This document shows, in pieces, positions 22,283 to 30,234 of a DNA stretch of 33,174 nucleotides. Position numbers and translations under genes: made by a program. This DNA is from a bacterium UBA6025 (GTDB taxonomy: Bacteria > Patescibacteriota > Saccharimonadia > Saccharimonadales > Saccharimonadaceae), in contig DIZP01000036.1 of NCBI GenBank assembly GCA_002429375.1, positions 1 through 33,174 of the forward strand. Direction: 5' to 3'. The stretch's first letter is position 1. Each line of letters begins with the position of its first letter. The notes beneath the pieces were generated by a model. The model had not been told where the DNA came from, searched no databases, and saw only the letters and a program-made list of their open reading frames with translations.

Positions 22283-23238
22283 TATTTTCTCAAAAAAGTA
22301 TTTGCTAGACGGTGTTTCACACTTCGCGCAGCAGTATATATCCTGTAAGCCTTGGATTGCTTTATGCTACTGAGCTCCACCTCACTGCCTACTAGGCGGT
22401 CACGGGTCTCTACTAGGCGGTCACGGGTCTCTACTAGGTTATCGTTTAGTTTTTCGATTTCAATCGAAGAATTAGATAATCTTTCTTCATAGCTCATATC
22501 CTTTGTCTGTAATTGTCTATCGCTATAATGTTCACCAATTGCCGCAATATGACTAACTTTTTCGGCTATCTTCCTATTACTACATAAAAAGTAAAAATAG
22601 AGATGCTGATCGCGAACTTTCTTCGTTAGATTCAGAACCGTTCCGTTGGTATCGTGACTAAGTTCATTTTCGGTTCCAATTGCTACGTACTTCCAGGTAG
22701 ACTGAAAGTACGAATCTATATTCTTATAATACTTTCGTAGGAGTGTGACTAACTCGTCATACTTAAATTCATGTAGATGGAAATGGTTTCCCTCAGCAAA
22801 CTCCACATCATTTGGTGTTGAAATCACTAACAGACCGTCAGTTTTCAAGACGCGGTTAACCTCATCTAAAAACTTTCTGTAATCCTTAATGTGCTCAATA
22901 GTTTCAAATGTGACCACTACATCAACACTATTATCGTCTAACGGAATAGATTCTCCGTCACCCACCAAGTATTCTATGTTTTTGCCACCATAATTCTTTC
23001 GTGAGTAGTTTATTGCAACTTCGTTAACATCTACACCATAAACAAACTTTGCAGATTCAGCCAGTATCTTTGTGCCGTACCCCGAACCACTTGCTATATC
23101 GAGAACTATTTTATTTTTTATAATAGGCTTAGCCGCTAGGTATCGCGTAACATGTTCAGAGTATATAAGACGGTCTTTATGGAATTCAGGCACCATTCGT
23201 TCATAATCGTTCTCGAGTGTTGCTTTCTTTGTTGTCAT
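22282..23238 (-). CDS. Class I SAM-dependent methyltransferase with a C-terminal coiled coil and basic amphipathic tail
   Basis: [22 protein letters not shown] and HFHLHEF; C-terminal heptads then [11 protein letters not shown]. Confidence 0.87.
   Translation of the reverse strand: MTTKKATLENDYERMVPEFHKDRLIYSEHVTRYLAAKPIIKNKIVLDIASGSGYGTKILAESAKFVYGVDVNEVAINYSRKNYGGKNIEYLVGDGESIPLDDNSVDVVVTFETIEHIKDYRKFLDEVNRVLKTDGLLVISTPNDVEFAEGNHFHLHEFKYDELVTLLRKYYKNIDSYFQSTWKYVAIGTENELSHDTNGTVLNLTKKVRDQHLYFYFLCSNRKIAEKVSHIAAIGEHYSDRQLQTKDMSYEERLSNSSIEIEKLNDNLVETRDRLVETRDRLVGSEVELSSIKQSKAYRIYTAARSVKHRLANTFLRK
22389..22438. repeat. 21-bp tandem repeat, about 2.4 copies, in frame
   Basis: CTACTAGGCGGTCACGGGTCT twice (22389-22430) then CTACTAGG; encodes LVETRDR on the minus strand. 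Confidence 0.95.
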
Positions 23239-23247
23239 ATAATTCCT

Positions 23248-24072
23248 TTATGTAGTCATTTTCTTCGTTATAAATACTCCAGAGGTGTCGGAAAGGTTCA
23301 CAAGGTTCATCTTAAATACCGTTGTTTCGAAACCTATTTTTTCGATTTGTGCAATGATATCGTACCCGAACTCAGTGAATACTAGGTAGTCTGGCTGTCC
23401 CACACCATGATAGGAGGCTTCCAATATATTGTCCACGCCTGATTCTCGTAATACTGCCCTTTTCCTAGTTTTGCGCGACCACACTACCGGTATCGTAAAC
23501 ACATGAAGTCCACCTGGTTTTAGCACTCTTAGTATCTCTGACATCGCGACATCAAAATTAGGTACATGTTCTAATGTATCTGAAGTTAAAATCAGATCCA
23601 GACTATTGTCTTCATAGCTTAAGGCTTCAAGATTCTCGGATGGAATGCTTGGATCTTTCGAGCCGAATTCGGAATACCGTAATGCTGGAAGTTCTTGAAG
23701 AAATTGATGAAGCTTACCGCAAGAATTAATCTCAGCTACTTTTATCTTCTTCAAATCACTTTCAACTAGCTCTTTGAGTGATACATTGCCATACTCATTA
23801 ACGAGCGCTTCGGATAATAATCGGAGACGAAATGAACAACCACATACAGTACAGAACATTGATTCACGCGCATCGAAGGAGTTTCGCAGCGATTCGGTTA
23901 GATCCCACGTGGTTGCCAGTTCGCTATTTATAATCGTCGTAAACTTCCAGATTTGATCCTGTGCGCCACACGCATAACATTTCCCGTTTTCATTCAGTAC
24001 ATTCTTGTTTAGAGAAAATTTTGGCTTCTGGACGTTTTTCATTATTTGTAAACCAATTGCACAATTAATCAT
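23248..24072 (-). CDS. Methyltransferase-domain protein with two N-terminal CxxC motifs
   Basis: CYAC...CTVC; DLILTSDTLEHV and RVLKPGG; alternative start at 24042. Confidence 0.8.
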   Translation of the reverse strand: MINCAIGLQIMKNVQKPKFSLNKNVLNENGKCYACGAQDQIWKFTTIINSELATTWDLTESLRNSFDARESMFCTVCGCSFRLRLLSEALVNEYGNVSLKELVESDLKKIKVAEINSCGKLHQFLQELPALRYSEFGSKDPSIPSENLEALSYEDNSLDLILTSDTLEHVPNFDVAMSEILRVLKPGGLHVFTIPVVWSRKTRKRAVLRESGVDNILEASYHGVGQPDYLVFTEFGYDIIAQIEKIGFETTVFKMNLVNLSDTSGVFITKKMTT

Positions 24073-25285
24073 TTTTTATATCCATTCGAAAATTGAGGTT
24101 TGTATAGGCGCTACTTAGCTGCCTCTTACTGACTTTAAAAATAGCAGCGTTCTCTATCCCATCCAGCACCTCACTACCGCCACTGGCGGCAAGTCCAGGA
24201 CTAAGAGAGAAGGTACCAGTAGCAAATACATTCGGGATCTGCCAGTTGATCTCCACGGATTTTCCTTTTTTTAATGTCGGAAACTCACGACGAGCCCAGA
24301 GGTTATTGCCAGCAAAAATTCTCTGACCAGATGCGTCATAAATAGTGAGGCCATATATAGGTTGTTTGATGTCTTCGTTAGCTTCGACTTTCATCTTGAT
24401 TAATACTTCTGTTTGCTCCTCAGTATAAAGGGCTATGGTATCACCGGCATGAGCAGGGACGGCTTCAATAGAGGTAATTTTAGCTCGACCTGAGCCACTA
24501 CTCTCAATTACCTGAGCGTCAGTGGTCGTATGGGCTTCTTGTTTATTGAGAATCCCAATATACCTATTGACAACTTTGTTGATCTTGCCCTCATACACGA
24601 TACTGCCCTTTTCAATCAAAATACCCCGATCGCAGTACTCCAAAAGGGCGTTTGTATCATGGCTAACAAATATCACTGTTTGTTTATTATTTTTAAGCTG
24701 CTTGAAGTATTCGTAGCATTTCTTTTGAAACATTGCATCACCTACAGCAAGAACTTCGTCAAGCAACAGGATGTCGCTTTGTGCTCGAATCGCAATTGAA
24801 AAAGCGAGTCGCACTTGCATACCAGAAGAGTAATTCTTAAGTTTTTGATCCATAAACTTTGGTAGCTCAGCGAAATCAACGATATCATCATACATTAATT
24901 CCATCTCTTTATGACTAAATCCAAGCATAGCGCCATTCATAAAGATATTTTCTCGGCCAGTAAGCTCTGGATTAAATCCAACCCCTAATTCAATAAATGG
25001 GGTGAGGCTACCATTAACCTGGACTAGCCCTTTGTCTGGAACATATATACCAGCTATAAGCTTAAGAAGGGTGCTCTTACCGGAACCGTTACGCCCAACA
25101 ATACCAAAGAACTCGCCTTTTTTAATTTCAAAAGATATATCGTTTAGAACATGCTGAAGTTCATAGCCTTTTTTCCGTTTCGTAAAATTTACGATAAGCT
25201 GTTTAATGCCGCTATGCTGCTCGTGAGGAAGCTTAAAAGTTTTGTAGAGATCTTTGACTATAACTGCTGGTTGCTCGTCGGACAT
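24065..25285 (-). CDS. wzt: Polysaccharide ABC exporter ATP-binding subunit with a C-terminal Wzt_C-like domain
   Basis: GRNGSGKST, YSSGMQVRLAF and LLDEVLAVGD, plus a ~150-aa beta-rich extension; start set at ATG 25285. Confidence 0.92.
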   Translation of the reverse strand: MSDEQPAVIVKDLYKTFKLPHEQHSGIKQLIVNFTKRKKGYELQHVLNDISFEIKKGEFFGIVGRNGSGKSTLLKLIAGIYVPDKGLVQVNGSLTPFIELGVGFNPELTGRENIFMNGAMLGFSHKEMELMYDDIVDFAELPKFMDQKLKNYSSGMQVRLAFSIAIRAQSDILLLDEVLAVGDAMFQKKCYEYFKQLKNNKQTVIFVSHDTNALLEYCDRGILIEKGSIVYEGKINKVVNRYIGILNKQEAHTTTDAQVIESSGSGRAKITSIEAVPAHAGDTIALYTEEQTEVLIKMKVEANEDIKQPIYGLTIYDASGQRIFAGNNLWARREFPTLKKGKSVEINWQIPNVFATGTFSLSPGLAASGGSEVLDGIENAAIFKVSKRQLSSAYTNLNFRMDIKND

Positions 25286-25286
25286 A

Positions 25287-26099
25287 CTACACGTTCTCCG
25301 CAAAATATTTTTGACTTTTCTTAAAGTACCAACTAGCCAATATGATAGACAAAATAACCAACACGTACGGTATTGCGGCAATAAATGGATTGTCTATAAG
25401 GCTATTCACTGTAACCGCCTGGTGTGTTACGACATTATACCTAGCGTCCTGGATTATCTGTGCGACAGGATTTAACATCAATACCTTCGCTATGACCGGA
25501 CTGGCAGCAACTACAAGGCCGACTGGGTAAAGGATTGGGGTTGCATAGAACGCGCCCTGCAATACAACCTCCCATATATGAGATACGTCACGAAATTTAA
25601 CAAACATTGCTGATAACAAAAATGCTATTGCCAATGAAAAAATATAAAGTTCAGCGATATTGATAGGGAGAAGTAACAGGCTCCAATGTATATCAACCCC
25701 GTTGATGATTAAGAACACAAAGACAATAATGAGGTTAAGTAGAAGATTGATGAGTGCAGAGATAGTACCCGAGACAACGATAATGTATTTAGGAAAATTA
25801 ATCTTGCGTATCAAATCGCCGCGTGCAACGATTGCAGACATACCTTGAGCGGTTGCCTCTGTAAAAAATGTCCACATAACAATACCAAGTAACAGATAGA
25901 CAGGGTAGTGTTCGATTGCTTTTCCGAGTTTAAAGAATTGTACAAATACAATATAAAGGATAGCGAAAAGCATCAAAGGCTTCAGTAAAGACCACAAATA
26001 CCCAAGTACAGATCCCTGATATCGGAGTTTGAAATCGGTTATAACTAGTTCGCGCAAAAGAATGCGATTACGCCTGCTTAAAATATTAGAAAGTTTCAT
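25287..26099 (-). CDS. wzm: Polysaccharide ABC exporter permease
   Basis: DFKLRYQGSVLGYLWSLLKP, FRD..HIW and FYATPILYP; start set at ATG 26099, with TGGTATAAT 13 nt upstream. Confidence 0.92.
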   Translation of the reverse strand: MKLSNILSRRNRILLRELVITDFKLRYQGSVLGYLWSLLKPLMLFAILYIVFVQFFKLGKAIEHYPVYLLLGIVMWTFFTEATAQGMSAIVARGDLIRKINFPKYIIVVSGTISALINLLLNLIIVFVFLIINGVDIHWSLLLLPINIAELYIFSLAIAFLLSAMFVKFRDVSHIWEVVLQGAFYATPILYPVGLVVAASPVIAKVLMLNPVAQIIQDARYNVVTHQAVTVNSLIDNPFIAAIPYVLVILSIILASWYFKKSQKYFAENV

Positions 26100-26212
26100 A
26101 AGTCTGCGATTAATTATACCAGATTGATATAACAATGCGCCGCTCGGAATAAAAATAAACAGGTATCTTTTTATCCGCTCACCGGCTTTTGTTATAAGAT
26201 AGATGCACATAT

Positions 26213-27223
26213 ATGAACAGAGTTGCAATTGTCGTATTAAACTGGAACGGAATTGAAGACACTTTATTGTGCCTTGAGTCCCTATTGTCGCAAAGCTATA
26301 AACAGTTCCATATTGTGGTTATCGACAATGGATCAATCGATAATTCAAAAGAGTTATTAGAATCGTACCGCACGAAGCACAGCGATAAAATCGAGGTAAT
26401 CTATAACCCTATCAACTTCGGATTCGCCGGCGGAGTCAACACCGGTATTGAGTGGGCCCTTAATGAAGATTTTGAATACGTGGCGCTGTTTAACAATGAT
26501 GCCATCGCTGATAAAGACTGGCTAAAGAGCCTGGTCGAAGCTGCTCGGCCCAAAGAAGTTGGTATTACTACCGGGTTGCTGCTTCACGAAAACGGCAAAA
26601 CAATCGACAGTAGCGGTGACTGGTTGTCATCATGGGGGCTCGCCTTTCCGAGGAATCGGGGAGACAACACCGCAAAAGCATTCAAGGCCGGACCGGTTTT
26701 TGGCGCCACCGGTGGCGCTAGCCTGTATAAAACCGCCTTATTCAAAGACATCGGTCTATTTGACGAGGACTTTTTTGCCTACTACGAAGACGCTGATATT
26801 AGCTTCCGGGCGCAGCTGGCTGGCTGGAAAGTTGCCTATACGCCAAAGGCAATCGCTTATCACAAACAAGGAGCAACCAGTAGAAAAATCCCTGGTTTTA
26901 CCACTTATCATACCTTTAAGAACCTACCGTTATTGTTTCTGAAGGATGTTCCTCGCGGCCTATTATTCTCTGTTGGTATTCGATTTTATTTCGCCTACTG
27001 GCTCATCTTGCTTAATGCCATAGCCAAAGGCAACGGTATACCGGCGATAAAAGGGGCTGGGATGAGTTTTATCCTGGGATTCAAAAAACTCGGTGAGCGT
27101 AGAGCGATACAAAAAAACAAACGCGTCACGACAAGCTATATCAAAAGTATCCTGTGGAATGATCTGCCCCCCGATCAGACAGGTGTACGAAAATTGCGAA
27201 AGCTTTTCACTAGCAAGGATTAG
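26213..27223 (+). CDS. Glycosyltransferase family 2 (WbbL-like, putative rhamnosyltransferase)
   Basis: VVLNWNG, NFGFAGGVN, LFNNDA and FDEDFFAYYEDAD.SFR motifs. Confidence 0.85.
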   Translation: MNRVAIVVLNWNGIEDTLLCLESLLSQSYKQFHIVVIDNGSIDNSKELLESYRTKHSDKIEVIYNPINFGFAGGVNTGIEWALNEDFEYVALFNNDAIADKDWLKSLVEAARPKEVGITTGLLLHENGKTIDSSGDWLSSWGLAFPRNRGDNTAKAFKAGPVFGATGGASLYKTALFKDIGLFDEDFFAYYEDADISFRAQLAGWKVAYTPKAIAYHKQGATSRKIPGFTTYHTFKNLPLLFLKDVPRGLLFSVGIRFYFAYWLILLNAIAKGNGIPAIKGAGMSFILGFKKLGERRAIQKNKRVTTSYIKSILWNDLPPDQTGVRKLRKLFTSKD

Positions 27224-27251
27224 TTTCTAATTTTTATTGGACAATAAACAA

Positions 27252-27683
27252 TCCTTACTTTTTGGCCTAAAAGTAACAAAAGGCCTTCTTTTGGCTGCAA
27301 AAGAATCAAAACTGCTGGGGTTGATGGATTATCGCGGCTAAAGATATCACAATCACTCTTAGTATTCTGCGTAACTCGCTTTCAGCTCAAACATACTCGA
27401 ATAGCTAGGAGTGTATTGCGATATTTTTACCGGATAATTCAGAGACCCAAGACCCCACGAGCTACGAGGGAGCTCAGTCGGCATCTGCAGCTGCCCGAGG
27501 CGAGCGGGTGGTTCAAGACTGATTAAGCGCGAGGATGTTTGAACCGCTGGTAAGCGGTGAGTTCCGCAGCGCCAGTCTTGAACCGCCCGGTAGTCCCGGT
27601 GCAGTGAAGCCGCCGAAAATGTTTTGCTTCTTTTGCACACCAAAAGAAGCTCGTTTGATTACTTTCCGAGTCGAAAGTAAGGA
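27252..27683. repeat. Structured ~430-bp intergenic element, copy A (MITE/REPIN-like or structured RNA)
   Basis: Terminal IR TCCTTACTTT/AAAGTAAGGA; inner IRs at 27285-27312 and 27621-27649; multiple long hairpins; homologous to 29740-30166. Confidence 0.85.
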
Positions 27684-27698
27684 TTAGAGATTATTGAA

Positions 27699-27734
27699 AG
27701 CTAAATTCCACCAACAACCCCTCGATGTTATAAT
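27699..27734 (+). promoter_or_regulatory. Putative extended -10 promoter of sucC, probably leaderless
   Basis: AGCTAAATTCC-N16-TGTTATAAT, ending 6 nt before ATG 27741; no SD. Confidence 0.6.
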
Positions 27735-27740
27735 TTATAA

Positions 27741-28829
27741 ATGAAACTGCTTGAATACGAAGCGAAAAATATATTATCTCTTTCAGGGATTGTTACTCCC
27801 CGCTCGTCGATAATTCATCAAAATGATTCAGCCCAGCTCACCTTTCCTGTGGTTCTAAAATCACAAGTGCCAACTGGTGGGCGCGGGAAGGCGGGGGGTA
27901 TACGAATTGTTAACGATAAAGATAGTTTGCAGCAGACAATCAATGAATTGTTTGAGCTCTCAATTAAAGACTACCGTCCACAAATCCTTCTGGCGGAAGA
28001 GAAGTTAGCTATTTCCCACGAGTATTACCTGTCGCTGGTTATCGACAAGCCAACCGCCGAGATTCGCTTGATGGCACACATAAACGGTGGGGTTGAGGTC
28101 GAGGAGAATCCCCAGGACAGCTTCCTGGGGATGGTAGTTAGTAGTGAGTATATGGTAGGTAGTAATAATAACTTCGAGGCGGCCGGCGAACGATTAGCCG
28201 AGTACTTAAATCTGCCTGGGCGGAGTTTTGTCTTGCAAGATTTGGTGGAGAATTTATACAAATGTTTTGTGACAAATGACGCCACGTTGCTCGAGATTAA
28301 CCCTTTGGTTTTTACCGATAACGAAAAATTCGTGGCTGGTGACTGCAAGATGGAACTTGATGACAGTGCGGCCTTCCGCCACGACTGGAAGTTTGAAGAT
28401 AAGGCGACTGAAGCCAATTTTGTCACCCTGGATCCTGGCGGCACCGTGGCGACGATTGCCAATGGTGCCGGGCTGGCCATGGCGACCGTTGACGCCGTGT
28501 CAGACTTCGGCATGGTACCGGCTAACTTCCTCGACATTGGTGGCGGCTCCAACACCGAGACTCTAGTAGCTGCTTTTCGGCGCATTACCGAATACCCAAA
28601 CATCCAGGCGATTGTGATCAACGTTTTCGCTGGCATCAGCCGCTGCGACGAGGTAGCTCGAGCGATTATTGCTGCTAAAAAACAGATTACGAATCTTCCC
28701 CCGCTATTTATTCGACTGGCGGGCACGAATTTCGAGGCAGCCGCCGATTTACTCTCACAAGAAAACATCCCTATCCTCGCCACTCTCGAGGAATGCCTGG
28801 CAGCCGCCAAACAAGAGGTGCCGTCGTGA
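27741..28829 (+). CDS. sucC: Succinate--CoA ligase beta subunit-like protein (ATP-grasp acyl-CoA synthetase)
   Basis: MKLLEYEAK, GGRGKAGGI, EINPL, NGAGLAMAT.D, PANFLDIGGG and RLAGTN; substrate not certain. Confidence 0.85.
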   Translation: MKLLEYEAKNILSLSGIVTPRSSIIHQNDSAQLTFPVVLKSQVPTGGRGKAGGIRIVNDKDSLQQTINELFELSIKDYRPQILLAEEKLAISHEYYLSLVIDKPTAEIRLMAHINGGVEVEENPQDSFLGMVVSSEYMVGSNNNFEAAGERLAEYLNLPGRSFVLQDLVENLYKCFVTNDATLLEINPLVFTDNEKFVAGDCKMELDDSAAFRHDWKFEDKATEANFVTLDPGGTVATIANGAGLAMATVDAVSDFGMVPANFLDIGGGSNTETLVAAFRRITEYPNIQAIVINVFAGISRCDEVARAIIAAKKQITNLPPLFIRLAGTNFEAAADLLSQENIPILATLEECLAAAKQEVPS

Positions 28830-29695
28830 AAAATACGCTCTTTTCGGCCCAGAACGTCATCGTCCAAGGAATTACCGGTGGCCACGGCCACTTCCAAACC
28901 AAAGCCATGTTAGCTGCAGGGACGACTGTTGTTGCTGGTACAACACCAGGCAAGGCTGGTCAGGTCGTCGAAGGAGTACCAGTTTATGACTCAATTGCCG
29001 ACATTCAAAAAAACCACACGGTTGATACGACGGTCGTTTTTGTCCCTGCTCCGTTTGCCAAATCCGCTATCATGGAGGCGATTACCGCCCACATCCCCTT
29101 GATTGTGTGTATTACCGAAGGCGTGCCGATTCACGACATGCTTCAGATTAAAAAAAGGCTAGCTGGTTCGGGTAGCACCCTGATTGGACCAAACTCGCCA
29201 GGCGTTATCGTTCCGGGTGTGAATAAGCTGGGGATAATTCCCGCCAACATGTCCCTGCCGGGCCACACAGCCATCGTCAGCCGCTCTGGCACCCTGACCT
29301 ATGAAACAATGGCGGGCTTGAGCGCAAAGGGCATAGGCCAGCGCTACGTCATCGGGACTGGCGGCGATCGCATCCGTGGCACTGGCTTTATTGACTGCCT
29401 GGAATTATTTGAAAATGACCCCGAAGTTGATCAAATCGTGCTGATTGGTGAAATCGGGGGTGCCGACGAACAATTGGCGGCCGACTACATCGCCACATCC
29501 GTCACCAAGCCGGTCTTTGCCTATGTTGCCGGTCATCACGCGCCGGTTGGCGTTCAGCTCGGTCACGCCGGCGCCATCCTGGGGAGCGCCGATGAATCCG
29601 CCGCCAGTAAGACTGAGGCTTTGGCAAAAGCCGGTGCACAGGTGGCGACAAGTATTACGGGATTGATTGAGTTGATAATAAATAATTTCTGTTAG
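28826..29695 (+). CDS. sucD: Succinate--CoA ligase alpha subunit-like protein
   Basis: VQGITG, CITEGVP.HDM, IGPNSPG, SRSGTLTYE, IGEIGG and phospho-His GHAGA; GTG start overlaps the sucC stop. Confidence 0.88.
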   Translation: MKNTLFSAQNVIVQGITGGHGHFQTKAMLAAGTTVVAGTTPGKAGQVVEGVPVYDSIADIQKNHTVDTTVVFVPAPFAKSAIMEAITAHIPLIVCITEGVPIHDMLQIKKRLAGSGSTLIGPNSPGVIVPGVNKLGIIPANMSLPGHTAIVSRSGTLTYETMAGLSAKGIGQRYVIGTGGDRIRGTGFIDCLELFENDPEVDQIVLIGEIGGADEQLAADYIATSVTKPVFAYVAGHHAPVGVQLGHAGAILGSADESAASKTEALAKAGAQVATSITGLIELIINNFC

Positions 29696-29739
29696 TTAAC
29701 AGGGATAATCCTTGCTTTTTTTAGCTGGAGAGCTAAGAG

Positions 29740-30166
29740 TCCTTACTTTTTGGCCACAAAGTAACAAAAGGCCTTCTTTTGGGTAGCAAAAGAAGCAAAA
29801 CATTTTCGGCGGCTTCACTGCACCGGGACTATCCGTCGGCCCAAGACTGGCGCTGCGGAACTCGCTGCGCTCAAACATCCTCGCGCTTAATCAGTCTTGA
29901 ACCAACAGCTCGTCTCGGGCAGCTGCAGATGCCGATTTGGCTACGGAGCTCAAGGAGCCAACGGGGTCTGGGGTCTCTGTAAAGGCCGGATAAAATCGGC
30001 TATTGCTACCTGGATTGGCGAGGATGTTTGAGCGCAGCGAGTTCCGCAGCCAACCAAGAAGTAATTGATGGTTTTATGCCGCGGCTTTTCATCAACCCCA
30101 GCAGTTTTGCTTCTTTTGCAGCCCAAAAGAAGCGCGTTTGATTACTTTCCGCGTCGAAAGTAAGGA
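29740..30166. repeat. Structured ~430-bp intergenic element, copy B (core inverted relative to copy A)
   Basis: Same outer arms as copy A; inner IRs at 29773-29801 and 30104-30132; perfect 33-bp internal IR at 29852-29884 / 30018-30050. Confidence 0.85.
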
Positions 30167-30190
30167 TTAAAAAAATAACTCCTCCCTATT

Positions 30191-30226
30191 AGCTAAATTC
30201 CCTTAGCTCACCCCGAGTGTTATACT
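30191..30226 (+). promoter_or_regulatory. Putative extended -10 promoter of the gtrB-gtrA-GT4 unit
   Basis: AGCTAAATTCC-N16-TGTTATACT, ending 8 nt before ATG 30235. Confidence 0.6.
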
Positions 30227-30234
30227 GATATCAC

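Noticed and set aside
28025..28897. 290-aa antisense ORF over sucC
   Set aside because: Shadow frame of a conserved gene with no recognisable motifs
27359..29982. Short ORFs 27359-27643(-), 29696-29878(-) and 29779-29982(+), two of which share KRSKTFSAASLHRDY
   Set aside because: They lie within the repeat element; the copies differ by indels and length and the changes follow base-pairing, so they are probably not proteins
27252..30166. CRISPR array or integron attC interpretation of the repeats
   Set aside because: No regularly spaced direct repeats with unique spacers, no cas or integrase gene, and no clear RYYYAAC/GTTRRRY ends
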